Of a stretch of 64,000 nucleotides of DNA, positions 10,284 through 19,975 are shown piece after piece; the stretch's first letter is position 1, and every line of letters starts with the position of its first letter. A model generated the notes under the pieces. It did no database searches. It saw only the letters and a program-made list of their open reading frames with translations, and was not told the origin of the DNA. Position numbers and translations under genes: made by a program. Source of the DNA: Thermoanaerobaculia bacterium (GTDB taxonomy: Bacteria > Acidobacteriota > Thermoanaerobaculia > UBA5066); assembly GCA_963816185.1 (NCBI GenBank), contig CAWFJJ010000001.1, positions 96,001-160,000 on the forward strand, read 5' to 3'.

Positions 10284-11263
10284 ACGTACGCCAGGCGATG
10301 CGTCTCACCCGGCCGTTCACTCTTCTGCCACCTCTCCTCGGCATTCTGTCCGGCGCCGTGTGCGCGTTCGGCAGCGTCCACAACCCGGACCCCGCACGGC
10401 GCGTGACGGCCGAACTCGTCGGGATCGTCGCGCTGGGATCGCTCTGCGCGTCCCTTCTCAACGCGGCCTCGAACGTGCTCAACCAGATCACGGATCTCGC
10501 GGTGGACCGCGTGAACAAACCCGACAGGCCGCTCGTCACGGGCGAGGTATCCCTGGCGGCGGCGTGGCGCCTCACGGGGATTCTCTACGTTCTCGCCCTC
10601 GTTCCGACGTGGTGGATCGTCGTGCCGAGGCCTCCCGGGTTCCTCGCGCGAGCCGCGGCTCCGCTCGCCACTCACCAGTGCTTCTTTCTGTTCCTCTCGG
10701 GCCTCGTGGCCACGCTCATTTATTCCAGCCCCGCCTTCGGGAGGACGAAGCGCCTCGGAATGTGGGCGAACGTGACGATCGCGATTCCCCGCGGCTGCCT
10801 TCTCAAAGTCGCGGGCTGGACGCTCGTCGCGTCCGCGTTCTCCGCCGAGCCATGGGCCATCGGGTCGACCTTCGGGCTGTTTCTCCTCGGCGCCACCTCC
10901 ACGAAGGATTTCTCGGACGCCAAGGGGGACCGCGCGGGGGGCTGCATGACGCTGCCCGTGAAGTACGGGAACCGCAAGGCGGTCGCGATCATCTCGCCCT
11001 TCTTCGTCCTGCCCTGGCTGCTCCTGCCGGTGCTCTCCAGAACCCCCGATCCCGCGGCGCCCTCGCACCGGCTCTTGAGCGGCAACCCGGTTCTTCTGAC
11101 GGCGCTCGGCGTCCTCCTCGCAGCCTGGGGCGCCTACACGGTGCAGCTCCTGAGGAGGAATCCGGATGAGCTCGCCACGACCGAGAACCATCCCTCGTGG
11201 ACTCACATGTACCTCATGCTCATGTTCGCGCAAGTCGGTTTCGCGGCCGCTTACCTCTTATGA
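10280..11263 (+). CDS. UbiA-family prenyltransferase (DGGGP synthase / chlorophyll synthase-like motifs)
   Basis: LTRP, NQITDLAVDRVNKPDRPLVTG, KDFSDAKGD..GC.TLPVKYG; multiple TM helices. Confidence 0.88.
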   Translation: MNVRQAMRLTRPFTLLPPLLGILSGAVCAFGSVHNPDPARRVTAELVGIVALGSLCASLLNAASNVLNQITDLAVDRVNKPDRPLVTGEVSLAAAWRLTGILYVLALVPTWWIVVPRPPGFLARAAAPLATHQCFFLFLSGLVATLIYSSPAFGRTKRLGMWANVTIAIPRGCLLKVAGWTLVASAFSAEPWAIGSTFGLFLLGATSTKDFSDAKGDRAGGCMTLPVKYGNRKAVAIISPFFVLPWLLLPVLSRTPDPAAPSHRLLSGNPVLLTALGVLLAAWGAYTVQLLRRNPDELATTENHPSWTHMYLMLMFAQVGFAAAYLL

Positions 11264-11850
11264 ACGCGCCTTTTGTGAACACGGCCCGCGAGCGTAGGAT
11301 CGTAAGTGCCGTGGCCGAGCCCGCGTATTCGATCCCCTCTCCCGACCTGCCGGCCCTGACCGTGCGGTGGGAAGGCCTCGTCGTCGCGATCGACGCGACG
11401 ACCCTGAACGCGATCGCCCGGAAGGCGACCCGGAGAGTGCCCGAAGTGCGCGAGATCCTCATCGAGCCCGAGGACGGGCGGCTCGGTCTGTCGGTGCGGA
11501 TCAAGAAGGGCATTCCGGTGGCGTTTCGCGGGCACCTCGAGTCCCTGCGTTTCAAGGACGGGTTTCTCGGATTCACGATCTCCGACCTCCGGGTCTTCGG
11601 AGTCGTGCCGATTCCGAACTGGGTCATCACACGGATCGTCGAAAGGCAGCCCGAGGGGCGCGCGTTCTTCTATCCCGAGGAGCGCATCGTCGTCGTGAAC
11701 CTCAACGGCGTCATGCCGGCGGAGCTTTCCGTGCAGGTCAAGGACGTCGTGTGCGAGAACGGGGAGATGCGCTTCGTCTTCGGGCCGAGCCAGTACCGGC
11801 TCGACCGCGTCATCGAGGAGCTGGGCAAGGACCCGTTCTCGGACGAGTGA
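11260..11850 (+). CDS. Hypothetical protein (beta-rich, possibly lipid-binding)
   Basis: ATGA-coupled to UbiA; normal codon usage; no recognised motif. Confidence 0.65.
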   Translation: MNAPFVNTARERRIVSAVAEPAYSIPSPDLPALTVRWEGLVVAIDATTLNAIARKATRRVPEVREILIEPEDGRLGLSVRIKKGIPVAFRGHLESLRFKDGFLGFTISDLRVFGVVPIPNWVITRIVERQPEGRAFFYPEERIVVVNLNGVMPAELSVQVKDVVCENGEMRFVFGPSQYRLDRVIEELGKDPFSDE

Positions 11851-11881
11851 AGCCGGCGGCCCGGGCGGATCTGAGCCCGTC

Positions 11882-12469
11882 TCAGTCGATCCAGATCTTC
11901 ACGTGCGCGTCCGGGGAGCTGATCTCCACGAGGTCGCCGCGCTCGGCGTTTCTGAGCTGCGCGACGAGGGCATCGACGTCGAGATCGCGGTCGGCGTTCG
12001 ACACGGCGTCCACGATGCGCCAGGGCAGCCGGAGGGTCACCGTCTCCTCCGGGTGGTCGGGCTTCCGGACCTCCAGGGTCACCCGATCGCCGTCCTTCTT
12101 GACGTGGATCTCGGCGTCTTCGTGCGTCCGTACGACGTCCGTGCCGTCCGGCTTGTCCTTCAGCTCCTGGACGATCGTTCGGATCTCGGCCGCGTCCACG
12201 GACTGGTCGAAATGGAGATCCATCTCGCGCCGCACCTTCCCGAGAGAGGCGAAGCGCAACGCGCCGGAGACGAAGGCGTAGGGGACCGAAAAGGAGACCC
12301 GATGCCGGTCGTTGCGGAGGTCGTCGACCTGCATCCTCAGGAAGCGGGGTCCCCGAACGCTCCGGCTGCTATGCCCGGGCACGATGGCCGAGTAACAGAG
12401 AAGGAAGAGCGCGAACAGGAACAGGGCATTGACGACGGATCGAAGCTCTTTTCCGACAGGCTGGCTCAC
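11882..12469 (-). CDS. Hypothetical membrane-anchored protein
   Basis: N-terminal TM; repeated 'x.LPW/VPY' segments; GGAGG RBS upstream. Confidence 0.65.
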   Translation of the reverse strand: MSQPVGKELRSVVNALFLFALFLLCYSAIVPGHSSRSVRGPRFLRMQVDDLRNDRHRVSFSVPYAFVSGALRFASLGKVRREMDLHFDQSVDAAEIRTIVQELKDKPDGTDVVRTHEDAEIHVKKDGDRVTLEVRKPDHPEETVTLRLPWRIVDAVSNADRDLDVDALVAQLRNAERGDLVEISSPDAHVKIWID

Positions 12470-12582
12470 GATGGCCTCCGGCTCCTGAATGGGAAACGAG
12501 GGCGGATCGGAAAAGGTTCCCGCCGTCCTCCGGCATGGACATTCCCCGCGGCCGATGCTAGCTTTTCCCCGAAGGGCGGACC

Positions 12583-13032
12583 ATGCCTCACTTCATTCAT
12601 GACACGTGTATCGGCTGCGGGGTCTGCGAGATCAAGTGTCCGACGCACACGATCACGGGCGGCAAGAGCGAGAAGTTCGTGATCCACCAGGACCGGTGCA
12701 TCGACTGTTCGGTGTGCGCGGTCTATTGTCCCGTTTCCTGCATCCAGGACCAGCACGGCGAGCTCATCCAGAAGGTCAAGCCGAAGGACATCCCGAAGGC
12801 GATCGTGGACCGCGAGCTCTGCACGGCGTGCGAGTTCTGCATCGACATCTGCCCGTTCGACTGCATTCACCTCGTGGCCGACCCGCTCGCCCCGAACCTC
12901 CACTACAAGGTTGCCGAGGTGGACGCGGCCCCATGTGTCTCGTGCCGCCTCTGCGAGACGGTCTGCGACAAGGACGCCATCTACGTCCCGAACCCGGTGA
13001 CGCAGGCGAAGCAGTACCTTCCGGTCCTTTAG
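12583..13032 (+). CDS. Polyferredoxin with four [4Fe-4S] motifs
   Basis: CIGCGVCEIKCP, CIDCSVCAVYCP, CTACEFCIDICP, CVSCRLCETVC. Confidence 0.92.
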   Translation: MPHFIHDTCIGCGVCEIKCPTHTITGGKSEKFVIHQDRCIDCSVCAVYCPVSCIQDQHGELIQKVKPKDIPKAIVDRELCTACEFCIDICPFDCIHLVADPLAPNLHYKVAEVDAAPCVSCRLCETVCDKDAIYVPNPVTQAKQYLPVL

Positions 13033-13068
13033 CGGGTTTTGTCGCACGAAGTTGTTTGAAGGCCGTAT

Positions 13069-13160
13069 TTCCTCGAAGGTCAGAGTGCGCGGCGCGCGGC
13101 GCGCGACATGACGGAAACGCCGCTCCGCCCCGATCCGACCCGAGCACCCCTCTCGAAGAA
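13069..13160. repeat. Palindromic repeat family A, degenerate copy 2, spanning the HEAT gene start codon
   Basis: TTCCTCGAAGGTCAGAG...CACCCCTCTCGAAGAA; interior resembles the reverse complement of the copy at 21665. Confidence 0.5.
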
Positions 13161-14037
13161 TCCTCCTTCTTCGTCCCCGACCCCCGCGACGCGCCTGCTC
13201 GTCCAGTTCTTCGTCATCCCGCTGTTCGTCGTCGGCGTGGCGGTGTTCGTCTTCTGGCTCTTCGGCGCCATTGCCGTCGACCGCAAGAACGCCGCCGAGC
13301 TGCTGAACGACGTGCGCACGGGGAGCCGGAACCAGCGCTGGCAGTCGGCTTTCGAGCTCACGAAGAAGCTGCCCGCCCTCACGGATCCGAGGGAGCGTGC
13401 GGCATTTTCGGCCGCGGCGCTGCGTGCGTTCGAGGGCGCCCAGAACGACGACCCGCGCGTGAGGCGGTACCTGACGCTCGTCCTCGGGCGCCTTGGAGAC
13501 CCGCGGGCCGTTCCGCTCCTGGAGAAAGCGCTCGACGACAAGGACCCCGAGACGCGCCTTTACGCTCTGTGGGCGCTCGCCCTCGTCGGAGATCCCGCCT
13601 CGGCGCCGCGCGTTCGTCCGCTCCTCGAGTCCGAGGATCCCGGGATCCGCAAGACGGCGGCGTATGCCCTGGGGCGCATGGAGGACGGCGAGGCGGTCCC
13701 GGCGCTGAAGAAGCTCCTCGCGGATTCCGTCACCGACGTCCGATGGAATGCGGCGCTCGCCCTCGCGACGCTCGACGATCCGGCCGGGCGCGACATCCTC
13801 CTCGGCATGTGCGACCGCGAACGCCTGCGATCGACTCCGGGCCTTTCCGCGGACCAGCAGGAGGACGCGCTCCTCAACGGTCTTCGCGGTCTCATCCTTC
13901 TGCACGACCCGGCGGCGAAGGCGCTGGGGAAAAAGATGGCCGACGCGGACCCCTCGCTGCGCGTGCGGCGCGAGGCGAAGAAGATCCTTCTCGGGGAGAA
14001 GCCGCCCGCCTCGCCGCAGCCGAAGGGGGCGCCTTGA
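13108..14037 (+). CDS. Membrane-anchored HEAT-repeat protein
   Basis: TM helix then repeats VRRYLTLVLGRLGD, IRKTAAYALGRM, VRWNAALALA. Confidence 0.85.
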   Translation: MTETPLRPDPTRAPLSKNPPSSSPTPATRLLVQFFVIPLFVVGVAVFVFWLFGAIAVDRKNAAELLNDVRTGSRNQRWQSAFELTKKLPALTDPRERAAFSAAALRAFEGAQNDDPRVRRYLTLVLGRLGDPRAVPLLEKALDDKDPETRLYALWALALVGDPASAPRVRPLLESEDPGIRKTAAYALGRMEDGEAVPALKKLLADSVTDVRWNAALALATLDDPAGRDILLGMCDRERLRSTPGLSADQQEDALLNGLRGLILLHDPAAKALGKKMADADPSLRVRREAKKILLGEKPPASPQPKGAP

Positions 14038-14089
14038 CGGAGCCCGGAATTTTTGAGACTTTGTCTCACGTTTGGTCTCGAGGGGGCGG

Positions 14090-14632
14090 ATGACGGAAAC
14101 GAGTTCGGTTCGCGTCGCGGCCGCGGAAAGCGCGGCCGGTGCCCCCACGCGCCGCAGCTTCGTCAGCTGGCTCGCCGTCGGCTGGCTCGCCTTCGCCGCC
14201 GGCGTCGGCGCATTCGTCACGACGATGGCGCGCTTCCTTTTCCCGAATGTGCTGTTCGAGCCGCCGTCCTCCTTCAAAGCCGGCTTCCCGTCCGACTACC
14301 AGGTCGGCGAGGTCGACGAGCGCTGGAAGGAGAAGTACCAGATCTGGGTCGTGCGCAACCCGGAGATGATCTACGCGCTCATCACGATCTGTACGCACCT
14401 GGGCTGCATTCCGAACTGGCTCCCGGCGCAGAACAAGTTCAAATGCCCGTGTCACGGCTCGGGCTATTACCGCTCCGGCATCAACTTCGAAGGGCCGACG
14501 CCTCGGCCTCTCGAGCGCGCGGCCATCTCCATCTCGCCCGAAGACGGGCAGATCTTCATCGACAAGTCGCGGAAGTTCCTCTACGAGAAGGGACAGTGGA
14601 CCGACCCCGCGGCCTTCATCAAGACGGCCTAG
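14090..14632 (+). CDS. Rieske [2Fe-2S] subunit of a Rieske/cytochrome b complex
   Basis: Tat-like TRRSF, CTHLGC and [15 protein letters not shown]. Confidence 0.95.
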   Translation: MTETSSVRVAAAESAAGAPTRRSFVSWLAVGWLAFAAGVGAFVTTMARFLFPNVLFEPPSSFKAGFPSDYQVGEVDERWKEKYQIWVVRNPEMIYALITICTHLGCIPNWLPAQNKFKCPCHGSGYYRSGINFEGPTPRPLERAAISISPEDGQIFIDKSRKFLYEKGQWTDPAAFIKTA

Positions 14633-14639
14633 GAGAAGC

Positions 14640-15434
14640 ATGAGCCTCGAGAGATCGTGGAAGAAGCTCCAGCAGCAGGTCGTCGAGACCCAGATCTGGA
14701 AGTCCATCTTCCGCGTCGGGATCCCGAACACGAACCGCAAGCGCGTGCTCGCGATGCTCGGCAACGTCGTGCTCCACCTGCACCCGGTGAAGACGCGCAA
14801 GTCGGGCGTCAAGATGCGCTACACGTGGTGTGCGGGCGGGCTGACGTTCTTCCTGTTCCTGACGCTCACGTTCACCGGGCTTCTCCTCATGTTCTATTAC
14901 CGGCCGACGATCGAGTACGCCTACGGCGACATGCTCGACCTGCGCGAGCAGGTGCCCTTCGGAATCATGCGCGAGATGCACCGCTGGGGCGCGCACGCGA
15001 TGGTGATCGCCGTGTGGATCCACATGTTCCGCGTGTTCATGACCGGCTCGTACAAGCCGCCGCGGGAGTTCAACTGGAACGTGGGCGTCGTCCTGCTCGT
15101 CCTGACGCTGCTGCTGTCCTTCACGGGCTATCTCCTTCCGTGGGACCAGCTCGCGATCTGGGCCATCACGGTCGGCTCGAACATGGCGCGCGCGACGCCG
15201 CTCGCGGGCAACGAGGGACCGTTCGCCGCGCAGCTCGCGGTGAACGGCGTGAACCTCGTGACGGCCGGGAGCGACGCGCGCTTCGGCCTCCTCGGCGGGC
15301 GCATCGTCGGCGCGAACGCGCTCCTCAGGTTCTACGTCCTCCATTGCGTGTTCATCCCGCTCGTCGCCGCCTTCCTCATGGCGGTCCATTTCTGGCGAGT
15401 CAGGAAGGATGGGGGAATCAGCGGGCCCCTATGA
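14640..15434 (+). CDS. Cytochrome b6-type N-terminal subunit (split cytochrome b)
   Basis: WCAGG (heme ci Cys position), [32 protein letters not shown]. Confidence 0.93.
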   Translation: MSLERSWKKLQQQVVETQIWKSIFRVGIPNTNRKRVLAMLGNVVLHLHPVKTRKSGVKMRYTWCAGGLTFFLFLTLTFTGLLLMFYYRPTIEYAYGDMLDLREQVPFGIMREMHRWGAHAMVIAVWIHMFRVFMTGSYKPPREFNWNVGVVLLVLTLLLSFTGYLLPWDQLAIWAITVGSNMARATPLAGNEGPFAAQLAVNGVNLVTAGSDARFGLLGGRIVGANALLRFYVLHCVFIPLVAAFLMAVHFWRVRKDGGISGPL

Positions 15435-15465
15435 ATAGGTTGTCCGTTGTGTGTTTTCCGAGCCT

Positions 15466-15580
15466 TCTCTTTCTGAGAAAGAGAGGGTTCGAAGAACCCT
15501 CGATCGCTGGAATCGGGCCGAGGCGCGCAGCGCGTCAAGGCTCGCGACGCGACGGCCAAAGGCCGCCTGGCCTTGACGTG
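15466..15580. repeat. Three stacked palindromes between the two cytochrome b genes
   Basis: TCTCTTTCT-G-AGAAAGAGA (15466-15484); GAGGGTTC-GAA-GAACCCTC (15483-15501); CGCGTCAAGGC...CGGCC-AAA-GGCCG...GCCTTGACGTG (15531-15580). Confidence 0.65.
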
Positions 15581-15600
15581 CGAGCACCGGAGGCCGCCCC

Positions 15601-16677
15601 ATGAGCGGCCTCAAATCCTTCATCAACTGGCTCGCGTCGCCCGCCATCGCGGTGACGCTGTCGATGCTCTCTCTCGTCGGGGCGATGTTCTGCAAGCCGC
15701 TCTGGACGAAGAAGGGCGGGCTCGTGCTCTTCACGACGCTCGTGGGCGGGTTCGCGTTCAGCTTCACGGATCCGAACTTTCGCATCGTCGCGACCACGCC
15801 CGATAACGTCCCGATTCTCGGGATGCTGTTCCTCGTGGGGTTCTTCTTCTGGTACGCGATGTACCAGGCGCACCTGAACGACGCGCGCCTCTCGGCGGGC
15901 CAGCCGCCCCTCGAGAAGGACGACAGCGACAAGAAGGTCTTCTCGTGGCCCGACCTCGTCTACGTCGAGCTCGTCGCGCTGATCATCTGCTCGATCGTTC
16001 TGATCGTCTGGTCGATCGTGCTCAAGGCGCCGCTCGAGGAGCCCGCGAACCCCGGTGCGGCCCCGAACCCGGCGAAAGCGCCGTGGTACTTCCTCGGGCT
16101 GCAGGAGCTTCTCGTCTACTTCGACCCGTGGATGGCCGGCGTCGTCCTGCCGACGCTGATCATCGTGGGCCTCATGGCGATCCCGTACATCGACACGAAC
16201 CCGCGCGGGAACGGCTATTTCTCCTTCCGCGAGAGGAAGTGGGAGATCGTCATGTTCTGCTTCGGGTTCATCATCCTGTGGGTCGTCCTCATCATCATGG
16301 GGACGTTCCTGCGCGGGCCGAACTGGAACTTCTTCGGCCCGTACGAGTACTGGGATCCGAACAAGCTCGTCCCGCTGAACAACGTGAGCGTCTCGGAGAT
16401 CTTCTGGGTCAAGTGGCTGAAGACGGCGCTCCCGGCGTTCTGGCTGAAGCGCGAGCTGCCGGGAATCCTCCTCGTGCTCTTCTACCTCGGCGCGCTGCCG
16501 GGCCTTCTCTCCAAGACTCTCTTCAGGCGTTTCTACGAGAAGATGGGAATGGTGCGATTCTTCGTCGGCGTGAACCTGTTCCTCATCATGCTCGCCGTGC
16601 CCATCAAGATGTACCTCAGGTGGATCTTCAACCTCAAGTACATCGTCAACATCCAGGAGTTCAGCTTCAATATCTGA
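15601..16677 (+). CDS. Cytochrome b C-terminal / subunit IV-like protein with extra TM helices
   Basis: WPDLVYVE, PLEEPANP..PNPAKAPWYFLGLQELL (APWY variant of PEWY), IPYID. Confidence 0.9.
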   Translation: MSGLKSFINWLASPAIAVTLSMLSLVGAMFCKPLWTKKGGLVLFTTLVGGFAFSFTDPNFRIVATTPDNVPILGMLFLVGFFFWYAMYQAHLNDARLSAGQPPLEKDDSDKKVFSWPDLVYVELVALIICSIVLIVWSIVLKAPLEEPANPGAAPNPAKAPWYFLGLQELLVYFDPWMAGVVLPTLIIVGLMAIPYIDTNPRGNGYFSFRERKWEIVMFCFGFIILWVVLIIMGTFLRGPNWNFFGPYEYWDPNKLVPLNNVSVSEIFWVKWLKTALPAFWLKRELPGILLVLFYLGALPGLLSKTLFRRFYEKMGMVRFFVGVNLFLIMLAVPIKMYLRWIFNLKYIVNIQEFSFNI

Positions 16678-16678
16678 C

Positions 16679-19600
16679 ATGGCCAAGGCACCGCCGCCCG
16701 AACCGATCGATCACCACTACGACATCAAGCGGCTGACGAAGGTCTTCGCGATCACGTCGATCCTCGTGCTGCCGGTGTTCGGGTGGATGACATGGCAGGA
16801 CTACGGGCGCGACTGGAAGTCCTGGCAGAAGAAGTTCATCGAGAACGACCGCAAGAGAACGCGCGCGGCCCTGCGGGCGGCCTCCGAGAAGATCGATCCC
16901 GACATCGAGGAGAAGTACCTCGAGCAGAAACGCGAGGGTGCGCGCGAGCTGCGCCGCCATCGCACGGCGGTCTCGGAGGCGGAGGAGCGGACGAAGAAGG
17001 CCGAAGGAGCCTGGTACCTCGCCGACCAGGACTTCCGCTTCAAGAAGGCCGAAATGGACACGGCGCGCTACAACTTCGAGACCCGCCAGGAGGAAAGCCC
17101 GAAATCGCCGGCCGCCGAATCGGCCCGGAAGAATTACGAGCGTCTGAAAGCGGCGTACGAAGCGAGCACGATCGTCGAGCAGGCGGCGAAGAAGGCGTGG
17201 GACGGCGCGAAGGCGGAGCTGGCCTCTCTCGAGCAGACGAAGAAGGACGCCGAGGACGCGCTCGTCAAGCTGGATGCCGACTACGACCGGTTCCAGAAGA
17301 AACTCGGGACCCTCCGGCAGAACGACGCTTTTTATTTCGTGCGCAACGCACCCATCGCGGACATGCTCGCTCCGTCCCTCAAGATCCAGCAGGTCCAGCT
17401 CGACGACCTCTACAACGACGTGAACTTCCTCAGGAGCCAGCGCGTCGACCGGTGCATGACCTGCCATATCGCGGCCGAGACCCGGGGCTTCGAGGACAAG
17501 GAGAAATACCCTCAGTCGGTCCTGAGGACGCATCCCCGCCTCGACCTCTTCGTCGACTCGAACTCGCCGCATCCCTATGCGACGTTCGGCTGCACGTCGT
17601 GCCACGGCGGGCGCGACCGCGCGACCGACTTCACGCGCGCCGGCCACATGCCGAACGATTACGGGCAGTACGAGCACCTCGCCGGCCAGCTCGAGTCGGG
17701 GCACGACGACAAAGGCCTTCCGACGGACGACGACGCGGTGAAGGAGGAGATGGGGGAGACACAGACGGGCCGCTGGATGAAGGACTACAGCTGGGAGGTC
17801 GACAAGTTCAACGACCTGCCCATGTACCCCATGAAAGCGGTGGAGGCCGGCTGCTTCCGCTGCCACCGGAGCGACGCGGGGCACCCGAAGGCGCCGAAGC
17901 TCGACCAGGGCCGAAAGCTCGTCGAGCAGCTCGGCTGCTGGAGCTGCCACAAGATGAAGGGCCTCGAGAACCTGCCGCGCGTCGGGCCGAATCTCTCTCG
18001 GATCGCGTCCAAGACGACGCCCGAGTGGGCGGAGCGCTGGCTCGTGAACCCGCGCGCTTTCCGGAACAACACCAAGATGCCGCGGTTCTTCTACCTCGAG
18101 AACTTCGACACGGAATCGGGGCATCGCCTCACGGACACGATGATCGCCGGCGTCACGGCGTATCTCTTCGAGAAATCGGAGAAGACGTCGTGGCCCGCAG
18201 TCGCCGCGGGAGACGCGGCGCGGGGTAAGCAGCTCTTCGAGAACGTCGGCTGCCAGGGCTGCCACATCTCCGAGCCGGGGGCCGAGCGCCATGTGATGGA
18301 CGGCTGGCGCCAGCACGGTCCGAACCTCATCGGCCTCTCGCAGAAGGTGACGCCGGAGTGGCTCGCGGCCTGGCTGAAGAATCCGAAAGGCTACAACCCC
18401 GAGACGCGCATGCCGAATCTGCGTCTTTCGGGCGACGAGATCGCCGATCTCGTGGCGTACCTCATGAGCCGACCCGCGCAGAGTGAGTTCGCGCGCAGCC
18501 GCCCTCCGAAAGCCGACGAAAAGGAGCGTGACGCTCTCGTTTTCGACTACCTCACGCAGACGAGGTCCGTCGTGGAGGCGAAGGCCGACGTCACGAGGAT
18601 GACGCCGAAAGAGAAGGACCTTTTCGTGGGCGAGAAGATCATCGGCAACTACGGCTGCTACTCCTGCCACGTGATCCCCGGCTTCGAGAATGCCAAGCCG
18701 ATCGGCGTCGAGCTGTCCGAGTGGGGCAACAAGCCCGTCCACCTCCTCGACTTCGGGTTCGTCCGCCTCCCGCACACGCGCGCCGACTGGCTCGCGCAGA
18801 AGGTCGCCGATCCGCGGAGCTTCGACCTCGAGAAGGTGAAGACGTTCCAGGAGAAACTGAAGATGCCGCAGTTCTCACTCTCGGGAGCGGAGGTCGAAGC
18901 CGTCCAGACGGCGATCCTCGGGATGCAGAAGGACGACATGGCCGATTCTCTCGTCGTGAAAGCCGTCGGCTCGCATGGGGCGGTCGAGGCCGGGCGCCGC
19001 ATCGTGAAGGACTTCAACTGCCAGGGCTGCCACATCCTCGAGGACAGGGGCGGGGGTATCCGCGAGGCCATGACGGCGAACAAGATCGACCTCGCGCTCG
19101 CGCCGCCCATCATCCGAGGCGAAGGCGCCAAGGTGCAGAGCGACTGGCTCTTCTCGTTCCTCAATTCGCCGCGCTCCGGCCAGATCCGCCCGTGGCTCAA
19201 GGTCCGCATGCCGACGTTCGAATTCAGCCCGGACCAGCTCAACTCTCTCACGGCGTACTTTGCGTCCCTCGACAAGGCGCGCTATCCGTTCGAGAACCGC
19301 GTCGAGGCGCTCGACGCCCGCTCGCGGGCTGCGGGCGCGAAGACGTTCGAGGCGCTCAAGTGCGCCCAGTGCCATCCGACGTCGCAGGACGCCTTCCAGC
19401 TCGCGCTCAAGGCAGGCAAGACGCCGGCGGACCTCGCGCCCATTCTCGCCGCGGCGCACACGCGCCTGCGGTACGACTGGATCGCGGACTGGATCAAGCG
19501 GCCCGAGGAGTGGATGCCGGGCACACGCATGCCGACGAACTTCCCGAAGATGGACGAGGGATCGGGCAAGCCCGCGAAGCGCATCTCGCCGCTCGCGCCG

Positions 19601-19825
19601 GCGCTCGACACGCCCGCGTTCGCAGGGCTCAAGAAGGACCTCATCGCGATCTGGGGCTCCGAGGGCGAGGCGAAGGCCTACATCGGCGATCCCGACCGCG
19701 TCACGAAAGCCCTGCGCGATCACATCTGGTCGCTCGGCAACGACTTCCTCACGGCGCCGCAGGCGCCGAAGGCGGCGAAGGCGACGAAAAGGGCGAAGGC
19801 GCCCGCGGTCGTCGCGGCCAAGTAG
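16679..19825 (+). CDS. Membrane-anchored multiheme cytochrome c (8 CxxCH) with coiled-coil stalk
   Basis: CMTCH, CTSCH, CFRCH, CWSCH, CQGCH, CYSCH, CQGCH, CAQCH; repeated GPNL..W..NP...MP class-I domains. Confidence 0.93.
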   Translation: MAKAPPPEPIDHHYDIKRLTKVFAITSILVLPVFGWMTWQDYGRDWKSWQKKFIENDRKRTRAALRAASEKIDPDIEEKYLEQKREGARELRRHRTAVSEAEERTKKAEGAWYLADQDFRFKKAEMDTARYNFETRQEESPKSPAAESARKNYERLKAAYEASTIVEQAAKKAWDGAKAELASLEQTKKDAEDALVKLDADYDRFQKKLGTLRQNDAFYFVRNAPIADMLAPSLKIQQVQLDDLYNDVNFLRSQRVDRCMTCHIAAETRGFEDKEKYPQSVLRTHPRLDLFVDSNSPHPYATFGCTSCHGGRDRATDFTRAGHMPNDYGQYEHLAGQLESGHDDKGLPTDDDAVKEEMGETQTGRWMKDYSWEVDKFNDLPMYPMKAVEAGCFRCHRSDAGHPKAPKLDQGRKLVEQLGCWSCHKMKGLENLPRVGPNLSRIASKTTPEWAERWLVNPRAFRNNTKMPRFFYLENFDTESGHRLTDTMIAGVTAYLFEKSEKTSWPAVAAGDAARGKQLFENVGCQGCHISEPGAERHVMDGWRQHGPNLIGLSQKVTPEWLAAWLKNPKGYNPETRMPNLRLSGDEIADLVAYLMSRPAQSEFARSRPPKADEKERDALVFDYLTQTRSVVEAKADVTRMTPKEKDLFVGEKIIGNYGCYSCHVIPGFENAKPIGVELSEWGNKPVHLLDFGFVRLPHTRADWLAQKVADPRSFDLEKVKTFQEKLKMPQFSLSGAEVEAVQTAILGMQKDDMADSLVVKAVGSHGAVEAGRRIVKDFNCQGCHILEDRGGGIREAMTANKIDLALAPPIIRGEGAKVQSDWLFSFLNSPRSGQIRPWLKVRMPTFEFSPDQLNSLTAYFASLDKARYPFENRVEALDARSRAAGAKTFEALKCAQCHPTSQDAFQLALKAGKTPADLAPILAAAHTRLRYDWIADWIKRPEEWMPGTRMPTNFPKMDEGSGKPAKRISPLAPALDTPAFAGLKKDLIAIWGSEGEAKAYIGDPDRVTKALRDHIWSLGNDFLTAPQAPKAAKATKRAKAPAVVAAK

Positions 19826-19845
19826 GATGAATATTCTGCTCGTAT

Positions 19846-19975
19846 TTCCCGAATGACCGATGTCAAGGGTCTCAGACCGCTGCGCGGCGCGCGAAACGCG
19901 CCCTTGACATCGGACATTCGGGAAGAAGATTTCCGACTATCGGGGCTGCATCAGCAGCCCCGAATATCAGAAGGA
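19846..19975. repeat. Double-hairpin repeat family B, copy 1
   Basis: TTCCCGAATGACCGATGTCAAGGG / CCCTTGACATCGGACATTCGGGAA stem, then TCGGGGCTGC-ATCA-GCAGCCCCGA; near-identical copy at 40884. Confidence 0.9.

Noticed and set aside
19846-19975. Repeat families as a CRISPR array, tRNA or riboswitch
   Set aside because: Copies are dispersed rather than regularly spaced, no cas genes are present, and I recognise no cloverleaf or riboswitch consensus
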